Source: Macrostomum lignano
Lineage: Eukaryota
Assembly (NCBI GenBank): GCA_002269645.1
Contig: NIVC01003085.1
Coordinates: forward strand, 1-64,000
DNA: 64,000 nucleotides
Reading direction: 5' to 3'
Shown: piece after piece, positions 36,201 through 48,700 of the stretch
How the letters are laid out: each line of letters starts with the position of its first letter
How positions within the stretch are numbered: position 1 is the stretch's first letter
Position numbers and translations under genes: made by a program
The notes under the pieces: model-generated
What the model saw: the letters and a program-made list of their open reading frames with translations, nothing else
The model's database searches: none
Told to the model about the DNA's origin: nothing

Positions 36201-37342
36201 AGAGATAAGGGGAATGAGATAGGCGATGAAATATGGAAAGGAGAGTAGAGATAAAGGGAATGAGATAGGAGATGAAATATGTAAGTAAATGAGAGTAGAG
36301 ATAAAGGGAATGAGATAGGGGATGAAATATGTAAAGAGAGTAGAGATAAAGGGAATGAGATAGGCGATGAAATATGTAAAGAAGAGTAGAGATAAGGGGA
36401 ATGAGATAGGCGATGAAATATGGAAAGGAGAGTAGAGATAAAGGGAATGAGATAGGCGATGAAATATGTAAAGGAGAGTAGAGATAAAGGGAATGAGATA
36501 GGCGATGAAATATGTAAAGAAGAGTAGAGATAAGGGTAATGAGATAGGCGATGAAATATGTAAAGGAGAGTAGAGATAAGGGGAATGAGATAGGAGATGA
36601 AATATGTAAAGGAGAGTAGAGATAAGGGGAATGAGATAGGAGATGAAATATGGAAAGGAGAGTAGAGATAAAGGGAATGAGATAGGCGATGAAATATGTA
36701 AAGGAGAGTAGAGATAAGGGTAATGAGATAGGCGATGAAATATGTAAAGAAGAGTAGAGATAAGGGGAATGAGATAGGAGATGAAATATGTAAAGAAGAG
36801 TAGAGATAAGGGTAATGAGATAGGCGATGAAATATGTAAAGAAGAGTAGAGATAAGGGGAATGATATAGGAGATGAAATGTGTAAAGGAGAGTAGAGATA
36901 AGGGGAATGATATAGGAGATGAAATATGTAAAGAAGAGTAGAGATAAGGGGAATGATATAGGAGATGAAATATGTAAAGAAGAGTAGAGATAAGGGGAAT
37001 GATATAGGAGATGAAATGTGTAAAGGAGAGTAGAGATAAGGGGAATGATATAGGAGATGAAATGTGTAAAGGAGAGTAGAGATAAAGGGAGCCGAGATAC
37101 AGTGCATAGAAAAGTGAGAATGTTGATTATTAAGGGATGTAATAGCCTTAATTTTCTATTAGTTTCAAACTTGAAAATGTATACTTTTTATTAGCAATTT
37201 TGAATATTCATTCTTGTCATCATGTCAGGCAGAAGCTGCGGGCACTCTGCAGAGATGAAAGACACTGCAGCTACAGACTCTTCACTTTCTCAGGCACTCT
37301 ATATAGCGGCAGCTACAGGGAGAGATGGAGGAGTGAGAAGAG
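33251..37342 (+). CDS. Possible small spliced gene of unknown function (exons 33251-33321 and 37229-~37342; 3' end unresolved, possibly ~38160-38240)
   Basis: Phase-2 donor CA|gtgagt joins acceptor tcag|G to give MSTSTPSPTPSTSLTMRQIQQATQQKLRALCRDERHCSYRLFTFSGTLYSGSYRERW...; no recognised homology. Confidence 0.4.
33425..35440. repeat. Minisatellite, 20 bp unit CAGTGTAGCTGCTCACACAC, with a 728-bp higher-order period
   Basis: Variant markers recur at 728-bp spacing. Confidence 0.97.
35790..37100. repeat. Purine-rich ~46-bp tandem repeat (GAGTAGAGATAAGGGGAATGAGATAGGAGATGAAATATGTAAAGAA)
   Basis: Read directly; produces the spurious 446-aa antisense ORF. Confidence 0.95.
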
Positions 37343-39735
37343 GTGATGAGAGTAAGGATGCTGAATGTACTCAAACTAGCTTAAACAAAGTATCGGTTTT
37401 AATCTAATTAGAAGGCCCAAACAGAAGCCATACAGATGTAGTACGTACAGAATCTTGCTTTTCTACACAATTGCCTTTTTTCTCTGCAAAGTCCCCGGAA
37501 TAAGATGAACTTTTCTGAAAAAAGTTTACTCTGAATTGAGAGAAGTAAACATTACAGACTGCAATTAAGCACGTACATTCAGTGCGTGCGTTCTTAGCCA
37601 TTGTATGCACATAGAGCTAAGCAAGATCACAATAAACGGCACGCACACTCATTGTCTCCATTTAGTCTGGTGAATTTACACACAATTGCCTCCTTTTTGG
37701 TCATGGGGATCTTTATTCATGCCCCCGCAGCCATTGCTATATATTGTTGCACAATTACATGTAATGTGGCTTCTATAGTAACGCCAAACCAAAATTTCCG
37801 GTACGTCATTTTATACCAAGGGTTTTTGACAGAGCTAGCTGGAACCATGCAGCACACGCGGTGACAGTTGCAAAAGACGGCCGCAGAGTCTGAGAAAGCT
37901 GATGACAGGCTTTTACATGTATATAAATGTATAGTAATATGGGTGAAAACTTTTGCAGTCCTCGTATGCATGTACAGGAACATAGAAAAAATTTTAGCGA
38001 TAGACTTTTTCAGAGAAATAACATAACATGTACATTTTATTATACATGTACATATGACCATTTATTTCTTTATTATCACTGCGGACAGATGATCTCGTGC
38101 ACCCTGACTTCCCCTGGATGGTTTCCCCTTTCAGATAAAGCAATGATCTCAAATTTCAACGGAGGTATAAGTGCCTCCCAACGATCCCCTCAAGCCCAGG
38201 GAGGCAGCTGTTTGATCCCAGCTCTGCCCCTGCATGACTTGCAGGCGCTTGAGCTGATCCCTCCAGGCTGCTGGTGCCTGCCCCTCCCGCCTGTTCTGCG
38301 AGCGCTTGCGCGCAAGGGGCCTCCCCTCTTCGTCTTAACTGCACTACGTGGAAACACTGGAAAAATTGTTGGTAATTCAACACTTGTTGTTTTCCTTTCA
38401 TCCAACTCCAACTTCTAAGAATAAAAGGCTTTGATTATTCCTAGAAAATCCAGCATAGGATAAAAGAGAAGTTTATCAAATTGTATTTTAATACCGAAAC
38501 CAGATGGATTTTCTAAAACAAATTTTAAATTTTAAACGAGCAATAAAAAAGAAACTCTGGGTTTTATAACCAAGTTTCAAGTTTTAAGTTTTAATTTACA
38601 AGTTATACAGATTTTAACGCGATAATAGAGATGTTTAGTTACATAATTTAGTAATTGTTTGTTTAAAACATTGCTAAGGTAAAGTTTACATTTTCTTCTT
38701 TTAAAAGCAACCGATCTGTGCGTTTTTTCTACGAAGGACATGTACGTAATTTAATATTTAATCTTAAACGTCTTAACCTTAATCTAGCCCTATTCTACTA
38801 AAGATCTGTAGATTTGCTTTGCTAAAGAGTTGTAATTCATATTTATATTGGGTCAACTTAACGGTTTATATTGAGAAGAGCAAAAAAGGCATATCTGTTC
38901 CCTGTATTTGGCTGTATATTATTTAAATTCAGTCCATTGTCGGTTGCTTATGAGCAGTAGAATAACGTGTTGTTGGGCCCTTTAGGCTGTAGTAATATGA
39001 CTTCAAATCCTAGATTTCTTTATTGTTTCGTTTAAAATGAAGTAGTATTTTTGTAACCTGCTTCAGCTTTTCTTGAATAAGATTAACGCGAAACCAATAC
39101 TGGAAACAAACGTAATGACTTATACTATCACGGCCACGGCACGAATATAGAGTAGACTATTGAATACTTAAGATTTTATATATTTAATATTAACTTAGAC
39201 AAAAGTGTTTAATGCGATAAAAATTATATTTCATACGTTTCATACAGATAGCGAAGACTAAGAGATAAATTGTATGTAAGTTTAAGTGTGTAAAGTGTAA
39301 GCCTATTTCATAGAGTATATTTCGTATTTTGCTGCACCATAAAGTCTCATTGTCACTTTGATCTTAATTGAATCATAATATGCCTAAATCACCAAAATTA
39401 CTTACATTACTTGAATCAAAAATCGTAGGTGAACAATGGCAGAAATTCCGTGAATTAATTAAAAATTAGTTTCAATTAATAATACTAAATTGTAGCGATG
39501 GAATTAGTATGCTGATTGGTTTTATTTATATAAAATAATTACTGACTTTTTGGCTAAAAAATTTTTTACTTAAAATACTATTATCCATAGGACAAAAATG
39601 GGTAGCATCTTGGCTGCCTTGGATAAATTCACAAATTTATCTACGGATGGTTATGCATTTTTGTTTGACTGAGAGTGTTGCATAAAATAATTAACAATGC
39701 TGTAAACAATTTACAGGGTCGCTAAAAAACTAAAA

Positions 39736-42700
39736 ATGGGCCGCAAAAAGAGCGACAAGTCGGCCCGAAGTGAAGAACAGGAGGACAAGGTGAACGGTGA
39801 GTTGCAGAAAGAGAGTTCTTTAATAACAGTCCTGAAGCTATAAAATCAAAAGCTGCAACTCATTCACCCATCACTCAGAGTCCTACCAGCCAACTGGAAA
39901 CTTCCAGTCAGACTTCGTTGAGCTGTGCAAAGAAATGAAAATGTACCGGCCGCCACCCGTGTTCTTGCGACCCAAGAGGCCTTCTTCGCCTATTCAGGTT
40001 AGCAGTGTTGAAGTTTTGCTGGCTGAACTGATGCCGGTCTGAGTGTACACGACTGACGATAAGGAAGTCAAGACCTCTGTACACCATGTACACCATGCGT
40101 ACAGTATTGGCGCTTGCATGTGCTCAGGAGCCAGCGGAATGGGCAAAATGGCCTCAGCGCTGGTTGTGGGGTGATGTCGCGATGCTGTACACGAAATACT
40201 CGATTTGTGTTATTGTGTTTCCCTTAACTTGGCTCTAAATAGACAAGAATGTCTCAAGAACAACTCAAGCAGAATGAAGGACGGGAATTGCCATAACAAA
40301 TTTTGTGCTGAAAAATGAGAACCTCCTATCTCCGTAATGTATTTTTTGGTAAAACCTGCAACCTATAATTTTCCAAGAAACGTAGTGTCTCGTCCTTCTA
40401 CTTGAGTGGTCCTTGGGATGTCTATGGCCAAACCAGTAGCTACTTTCTACCGTACACAGGGCGCATTACGACGTAAAAATATACGAGTATATACAAGGCG
40501 AAGCCGGAGCCAATAAGCGTGGCCTAAGCCGGTTGCGGCCATAGAAAAGTGTAAAGCAACTGAGACCCGAAAAGGGCCGTTTTATGAAAGTGAAATTTAT
40601 TCAGTTACAGTTTCGCTTGAAATGTTGTTTCAGAACGAGCAGCAAACTCAGGCGCCAACCAACCGGAAGGCCAAGGAGGACAAGAAGGCCTCCATGGCCC
40701 AGCAAATGGTTGAACCGGAAGAGGAGACGCCGGAAGAAAAGGGTGAGCAAAATACTACTTGTTATTGAGTTTGCGAGATCAAGGACACAATTTGAACCCA
40801 TAATGGGCCTCGGTTTATGAGAGACACCGGAGTCCCACCTGTTGTAGGGGGTATCCCACCTGTTTGAGTCTCACCTGTTGTAGGGGGTATCCCACCTGTT
40901 TGAGTCTCACCTGTCGGAGGGGACAGGCACATGTTGCAGAGATCCTGAAGTGACATTGCATGCAATATAAATTAAACTAATTGAGTTCTCATTGGTTCCG
41001 CCTCCCCGTGCTCAAGACCCTGACGTGCTGGAAGAATGCAGCAGCCACCAGGCTGTTGACGATGCAGGTAAACAGAGACAACTTTATTGGACATCCACGA
41101 GCAAGATGAGCTGGGAGCATTACAGGCCTGCTTCCAGTAGTTTTTTATTCATAGCCAATGCAAGCCAAAGATTTAAAGTGAAATCTCCTTTACCCACAGA
41201 TACTAAAACTAGATGGGCCACTTAGGCATAAATGCATAGTAGTAAAACAACTTTCTACTTCCAGTTCAGTAGAAAACAGGAATATATAAGCTGTTTTATA
41301 AAAAATAAAGCAAGCCACGCTTGTAGACGTAAACAAATATCTAATTAGTTCAGCCGTAATGTACATTAGCCAGCGCGCCACTGAAATGTAAATAAATGTA
41401 CATGCGACTATAAAACCGAGGAAGGCAATAAAAATTGAGTGGGGTAGAAGAGGTCTTGTTGAAGGGTTCGGCTAGGGTGAGGGGCCAATAAACGGGTCTT
41501 GTCCTAAAATACATTAAAATGCTTCTACGAGAAATAAACTTACACGCTTACACGCCAATTGCTTGTAGGATGAGTGGCTCATCTAGATATTACAGTATCT
41601 GTTGTTTTTGCCTTCACCGCGAATCAGTCACTAAAATGTATATTCACGTCACCGAAATCATTCTCACCAATAATCGAGTATGGCAGCATGTATCCAAGCG
41701 TAACACTTACTGACATGAAGTTTTCAACAGATTTTTTACAATTCACTACTGACGCATACTACTTAATAGCTCGTAGTCACCAAAGCCTGCAGACTTCGAG
41801 AGTGAATTTTGGAATGCATCGAATTTTTACTCAAACCCAAGTTTTCTCGAATTCCGTGACTAGCATTTGTAAAATAATTTTCATCATTGTAGCGACCATT
41901 AAATAAAGTTAAAACCCCAACCATTCTACTGAAGAGTAGCACATTTTGAATACGGCCTACATACCGAAATTTTCCTTGCCTAACAGCCGTTATCGAGCAG
42001 CTGGGCTTCAAGCCGAAGACGTTCACAGTGAAGTACTACTTGGACTTGATGAAGCCCTGCGTCCATATCGACTTGGAGAATCCGGACAAGCCGGACACCG
42101 TGTCCGAGGTGCACGCCAAAAACTGGAAGCTGGAGTTGCCCATGCTTAAAACTCTCAGCCGCTGTTTTGAGAAGCTGAATCGGCTGCACACCATTGTGTG
42201 AGATTTCTGTAGCTCTGGTGCCACTCTGCAGGGGTCTGACCTGTGCCACTCTGCAGGGGTCTGACCTGTGCCACTCTGGTCTGACCTGTGCCACTCTGGT
42301 CTGACCTGTGCCACTCTGGTCTGACCTGTGCCACTCTGGTCTGACCTGTGCCACTCTGGTCTGACCTGTGCCACTCTGGTCTGACCTGTGCCACTCTGGT
42401 CTGACCTGTGCCACTCTGATCTGACCTGTGCCACTCTGCAGGGGTCTGACCTGTGCCACTCTGCAGGGGTCTGACCTGTGCCACTCTGATCTGACCTGTG
42501 CCACTCTGCAGGGGTCTGACCTGTGCCACTCTGCAGGGGTCTGACCTGTGCCACTCTGGTCTGACCTGTGCCACTCTGGTCTGACCTGTGCCACTCTGGT
42601 CTGACCTGTGCCACTCTGGTCTGACCTGTGCCACTCTGGTCTGACCTGTGCCACTCTGGTCTGACCTGTGCCACTCTGCAGGGGTCTGACTTGTGCCACT

Positions 42701-45700
42701 CTGCAGGGATCTGACCTGTGCCACTCTGCAGGGGTCTGACCTGTGCCAATCTGCAGGGGTCTGACCTGTGCCACTCTGGTCTGACCTGTGCCACTCTGGT
42801 CTGACCTGTGCCACTCTGGTCTGACCTGTGCCACTCTGGTCTGACCTGTGCCACTCTGGTCTGACCTGTGCCACTCTGGTCTGACCTGTGCCACTCTGGT
42901 CTGACCTGTGCCACTCTGGTCTGACCTGTGCCACTCTGGTCTGACCTGTGCCACTCTGCAGGGGTCTGACCTGTGCCACTCTGCAGGGGTCTGACCTGTG
43001 CCACTCTGCCTCTCCACAGGGGTCTGACCTGTGCCATTCCTCAGGGGTCTGACCTGTGCCACTCCAGCAGACTCAGGGAACTTCATCTCATCAACTAATT
43101 TGATTTTGCAGATTCTGGCGAGTGGCCGCCAGCGCTGAAGTCATCGCCGAGTTGGCGGAGCTGCTCCGCCAGCTGGACTCTGTGCGCTGTCTGTCGCTCG
43201 AAGCAAATGGTCACGTGACTGACGAGAACTATGCCGACCTGATTCGGGTGGACAGCAAGTGAGTGCAGGAGCTCGGCTTTTCTGATTGCATGTTTGGGAT
43301 TTCTGATTGTAGGTTTGAGATTTCTGATTGCATGTTTGGGATTTCTGATTGCATGTTTGGGATTTCTGATTGCAGATTTGAGATTTCTGATTGCATATTT
43401 GAGATTTCTGATTGCATATTTGGGATTTCTGATTGCATATTTGGGATCTGATTGCAGATTTGGGATTTCTGATTGCATATTTAGAATTTCTGATTGCATA
43501 TTTGGGATTTCTGATTGCATATTTGGGATTTCTGATTGCATATTTGATATTTCTGATTGCATATTTGGGATCTGATTGCAGATTTGGGATCTGATTGCAT
43601 ATTTGGGATTTCTGATTGCAGATTTGGGATTTCTGATTGCATATTTCAGATTTCTGATTGCATATTTATGATCTGATTACAGATTTGGGATTTCTGATGG
43701 AAGATTTGGGATCTGATTGCAGATTTGGGATTTCTGATTGCAGATTTGGGATTTCTGATTGCAGATTTGGGATTTCTGATTGCATATTTGGGATCTGATT
43801 ACAGATTTGGGATTTCTGATGGAAGATTTGGGATCTGATTGCAGATTTGGGATTTCTGATTGCAGATTTGGGATTTCTGATTGCATATTTTGGATTTCTG
43901 ATTGCAGATTTGGGATTTCTGATTGCAGATTTGGGATTTCTGATGGAAGATTTGGGATCTGATTGCAGATTTGGGATTTCTGATGGAAGATTTGGGATTT
44001 CTGTTTGCAGATTTGCAATCATTGCAACCCTCCCTGTGATCATTGCAACCCTCCCTGTGATCATTGCAACCCTCCCTGTGATCATTGCAAACCTCCCTGT
44101 GATCATTGCAACCCTCCCTGTGATCATTGCAACCCTCCCTGTGATCATTGCAACCCTCCCTGTGATCATTGCAAACCTCCCTGTGATCATTGCAAACCTC
44201 CCTGTGATCATTGCAAACCTCCCTGTGATCATTGCAAACCTCCCTGTGATCATTGCAAACCTCCCTGTGATCATTGCAACCCTCCCTGTGATCATTGCAA
44301 ACCTCCCTGTGATCATTGCAAACCTCCCTGTGATCATTGCAAACCTCCCTGTGATCATTGCAACCCTCCCTGTGATCATTGCAAACCTCCCTGTGATCAT
44401 TGCAAACCTCCCTGTGATCATTGCAACCCTTCTGCTAACAGCTAACAGGTTTATGATTTATAGCTCCTATACTTGAACATACAATGCTGATGATCGTTTT
44501 GATATACGAGAATTTTCAATAGCAATGCATCTCCATCCTCGTCCAGCCTCACCAAGCTGCAGCTCCGCTTCAACCAGATCACGGATGCTGGTGCAGCGAG
44601 AATTAGCGAGCAGCTCAGCGGACTGCGCGACCCGCCATCGAAGCTGGTGTCGCTGGACCTGTCCTCCAACTGCGTGCAGGACGGCGGGGCCACGGCTCTG
44701 GCTCAGGTCTGTAGCTTTGCAACCCTTTTGAGATCATTTGCAACCCTCTATGAGATCATTGCAACCCTTCTGGGATCCCTGCAACCCTTCTGGGATCATT
44801 GCAACCCTCTATGAGATCATTGCAACCCTTCTGAGATCCCTGCAACTCTTCTGGGATCATTGCAACCCTCTATGAGATCATTGCAACCCTTCTGGGATCA
44901 TTGCAGCCCTCCCTGTGATCAGTACAACCCTCCCTGTGATCAGTACAACCCTCCCTGTGATCAGTACAACCCTCCCTGTGATCAGTACAACCCTCCCTGT
45001 GATCAGTACAACCCTCCCTGTGATCAGTACAACCCTCCCTGTGATCAGTACAACCCTCCCTGTGATCAGTACAACCCTCCCTGTGATCAGTACAACCCTC
45101 CCTTATGATCATTGGACTCCCATTCAGCCACTGAAATCTCATTTTACAGAGCTACGTAAAAGCATTTCCTGGCTGCCCAATGCTTGCATGCAAAGCCAAT
45201 ACAAACAATGGCATCCCTCTTGACAGGCTCTGCGCACCAACCGCACCCTGATCCACCTGTCGCTGAGCAACAATCGCGTATCGGACCGGGGCGCCACCGC
45301 CCTCGCCGAGTCCTGCTCCAGGTTCTACCTGACGCACGAGGAGACTGTCGAACGCCGCAGGCTTCTGTCAACCGCAGCGGAGAGACGCACAGGACTCAGC
45401 GTGAGTGACCTGAGCAGCGGTGACGCGAGCCAGTTCACCACTTCGCATGCCACCCTGCTCACTCAGTCAGTTTTCTCTGGAAGCACCGCCACCCGATTAG
45501 TGAGTTATTTGAGCCGTGCCAATATCGCTGCGAGTTCGATCGCTGCAAAGCAGACTTTAACGACGCAACTCTCCCCCTCACACTCGAAAATTTGTTAAAA
45601 CGCATCGTTTTAAGTCGGCCGAGGTGAGACTGTCGAACCAGAGGCGCCAGTTCAGTGTTCTATGTGTATTTTATGTCTCCTTATGTACATGTACATTGTA

Positions 45701-48700
45701 AACTGCTATTCTAAACTTGAGTTCTAACTGGCTAAACTGAACTCTTCACTTTTTTATCTTCTCCACGATTCGAACAATATCTGCATTTTCACTGTTTTCT
45801 TATTTACGGTTAACCATCCGGTTGGTTTATGGCCTTCATAAACACAACTCCAGGGTCCAATAAGCTGCCCTCGTCCAGGGACTAATAAGCTACCCTCATC
45901 CAGGGTTCAATAATTAGCTACCCTCATCCAGGGTCCAATAAGCTACTCTCATCCAGGGTCCAATAAGCTACTCTCATCCAGGGTCCAATAAGCTACTCTC
46001 ATCCAGGGTCCAATAAGCTACTCTCATCCAGGGTCCAATAAGCTGCCCTCGTCCAGGGACTAATAAGCTACTCTCATCCAGGGTTCAATAATTAGCTACC
46101 CTCATCCAGGGTCCAATAAGCTACTCTCATCCAGGGTCCAATAAGCTACTCTCATCCAGGGTCCAATAAGCTACTCTCATCCAGGGTCCAATAAGCTACT
46201 CTTATCCAGGATCTAATAAGCTACTCTCATCCAGGATCCAATAAGCTACTCTCATCCAGGATCCAATAAGCTACTCTCATCCAGGATCCAATAAGCTACT
46301 CTCATCCAGGATCCAATAAGCTACTCTTATCCAGGGTCCAATAAGCTACTCTTATCCAGGATCCAATAAGCTACTCTCATCCAGGGTCCAATAAGCTACC
46401 CTCATCCAGGGTCCAATAAGTTACCCTTATCCAGGGTCCAATAAGCTACCCTCATCCAGGGTCCAATAAGCTACCCTCATCCAGGGTCCAATAAGTTACC
46501 CTTATCCAGGGTCCAATAAGCTACTCTCATCCAGGGTCCAATAGGCTACCCTCATCCAGGGTCCAATAAGCTACCCTCATCCAGGGTCCAATAAGTTACC
46601 CTTATCCAGGGTCCAATAAGCTGCCCTCATTCAGGGTCCAATAAGCTACTCTCATCCAGGGTCCAATAAGCTGCCCTCATCCAGGGTTCAATAAGCGACC
46701 CTAATCCAGGGTCCGAAAAGCCGGCATTATCCAGGATACAATAAGCTACGAAGTACCCTCCCTCATCCAGGGTTCAATAAGCTACCCTCATCCAGGGTCC
46801 AATAATTAAGCTACCCTCTTCCAAAGACAAAAGTGCTCAGACGCTCCTGTCCTCCAGGGTTCCAATCATGGACCGCAAGAGCTAGCAGAGGTTGAGTTAA
46901 AAACATTTACACGAGTATAACCGAATTTTAACTTTGGCACACGTTCGATTTTCTATACCTGCAACAGCTAACAATTAGCAATTGTCTGTTTCAATTTCTA
47001 TTTTAATCTCTTTACAGGTACATGAAGTGATTGATTTTTCTTAATTTTCTTGCAGCCAGAAAGCTGTCAGAGTCGGCCCTCGTCATCAGCAGTGACGGTA
47101 GCTATAATTTAGTATAATATAATAACATGGCAGTGGCGCCCTGTTTTGCTGCTTAACTTGAGGAACTATAGACATAATTCATTTTTAAGTTGCAATACAG
47201 TTTCTGTTGCATTTTAATTGCTATAATTGCTAATTGCTAAATAATTATTTGTTTTTATCACACTTGCTATTTGCTAATATGCATTTGCAATGAAAATAAG
47301 CCTAATTTGTTTTGTATTTAATAGTTTGGAACTATAAAAAAGTAGAGTAAACAATTCAGTTAGCAACTATAATAGCGCAGATGGTAGACTAACTGGATGG
47401 GCCACTCAGCCATAAACTTAGTAAAACAGCTTTCTACTTTCAGTTCAGTAGCAAAGAAGAATACATAAGCATTTTATAAAAATAAAGCCAGCTGAAATGA
47501 TTTTGATAAGTTTAGAAGCCAACAAGCTTGCAGGCGTAAACAACTTGCTAATTGGTTCAGCAGCAATGTACATTAGCCAGTCCACTGAAATGTACATGGC
47601 AGCTTTGGGTTGGAATTCCGAGAAAGGCAATAAAAATTGGTGCGGAGCGGGTCGGCGGCGGGGGGTAGTGTGGAAAGGCGCGGTTGGAGTGTTTCAGCGG
47701 GAGCACGAGAATTTCCTACAGGAAGTTTTTCCGCCTGGGTTTCCGCCGCGAGATTTTCCCGCAGCGAGGAAAACCTCAGCGGGAAAACTTCTTGCGGGAA
47801 AATGTCATAGACCCGTTTAAGCTTGGGGGTAAGAGCCAATGAGCCTCGGCCTTTTGCCTTCTTAAATTAATTGCTCTTGCAGACTAAAACTTTACATCTG
47901 TTTGTGAACATAATTCTTTTAATTCGAGAGTAATGACGAGATTAATGAGAAAACAAATTACTTTAACAAAAGTTCATTGCGTCCTGGATTTGCAGAGGCG
48001 ACAAGTGAAATTCAATTTGAACTTTTCTACGGAGTTGCCCTCCGAGAATGAGGCCTTGGTAACGAGAGGAAAATTAGAAACAAAAAATCCCTTAAAATTT
48101 CACTTTTGATTTACTTATTGAAAAACAAGACTAAACAAATGCATGACGCAAGTATTCTTTGTTATTCTGCATTGTTTGACAGGGCTAAACGATATTTATT
48201 TTTGCGCAGCGATTTAAAACTATCACTAAGCTTAATTATAAGCTAACTGCATGAGCTTGCTGGCATTTAGTAGTCCATTCATTAAAAGTCCATGGCCCGT
48301 CCTTTCGCCTCTCGCGCAGCCCCCGCCCAGTCGCCGCGGCGCCACCGACCGGCCCGTCAGTGTCCGGTCCGGCCAGGAGAAGCTCGGACGGACAGGCGGC
48401 ACCGGCAAAACGCCTGGAAAAGGAAAGAAGGTACGCGTGATGTTAGGCACATGTTTAGTGAGCTCTTTTATTATTATATTACTTGCCCTTCTAGATTTTT
48501 GTAATCAGAGTTCCTGACACGTACTTTAAGTACAATGCTGAGAGTACTTGATGTACTTTCGTTTAGATGTGAACCGTGTCCCTGTCTCAGATTATCATCT
48601 AACTACCATGTTTATTATCCCTCTCCCTCCATCTCGATCTTCCTTCCACCTCAGTCTCATTTCCATCCCATCTCGATCTCACCTACATCCCTTTCTCTAG

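Noticed and set aside
35767-37107. 446-aa ORF on the minus strand
   Set aside because: It is the antisense reading of a purine-rich tandem repeat, which is naturally stop-poor.
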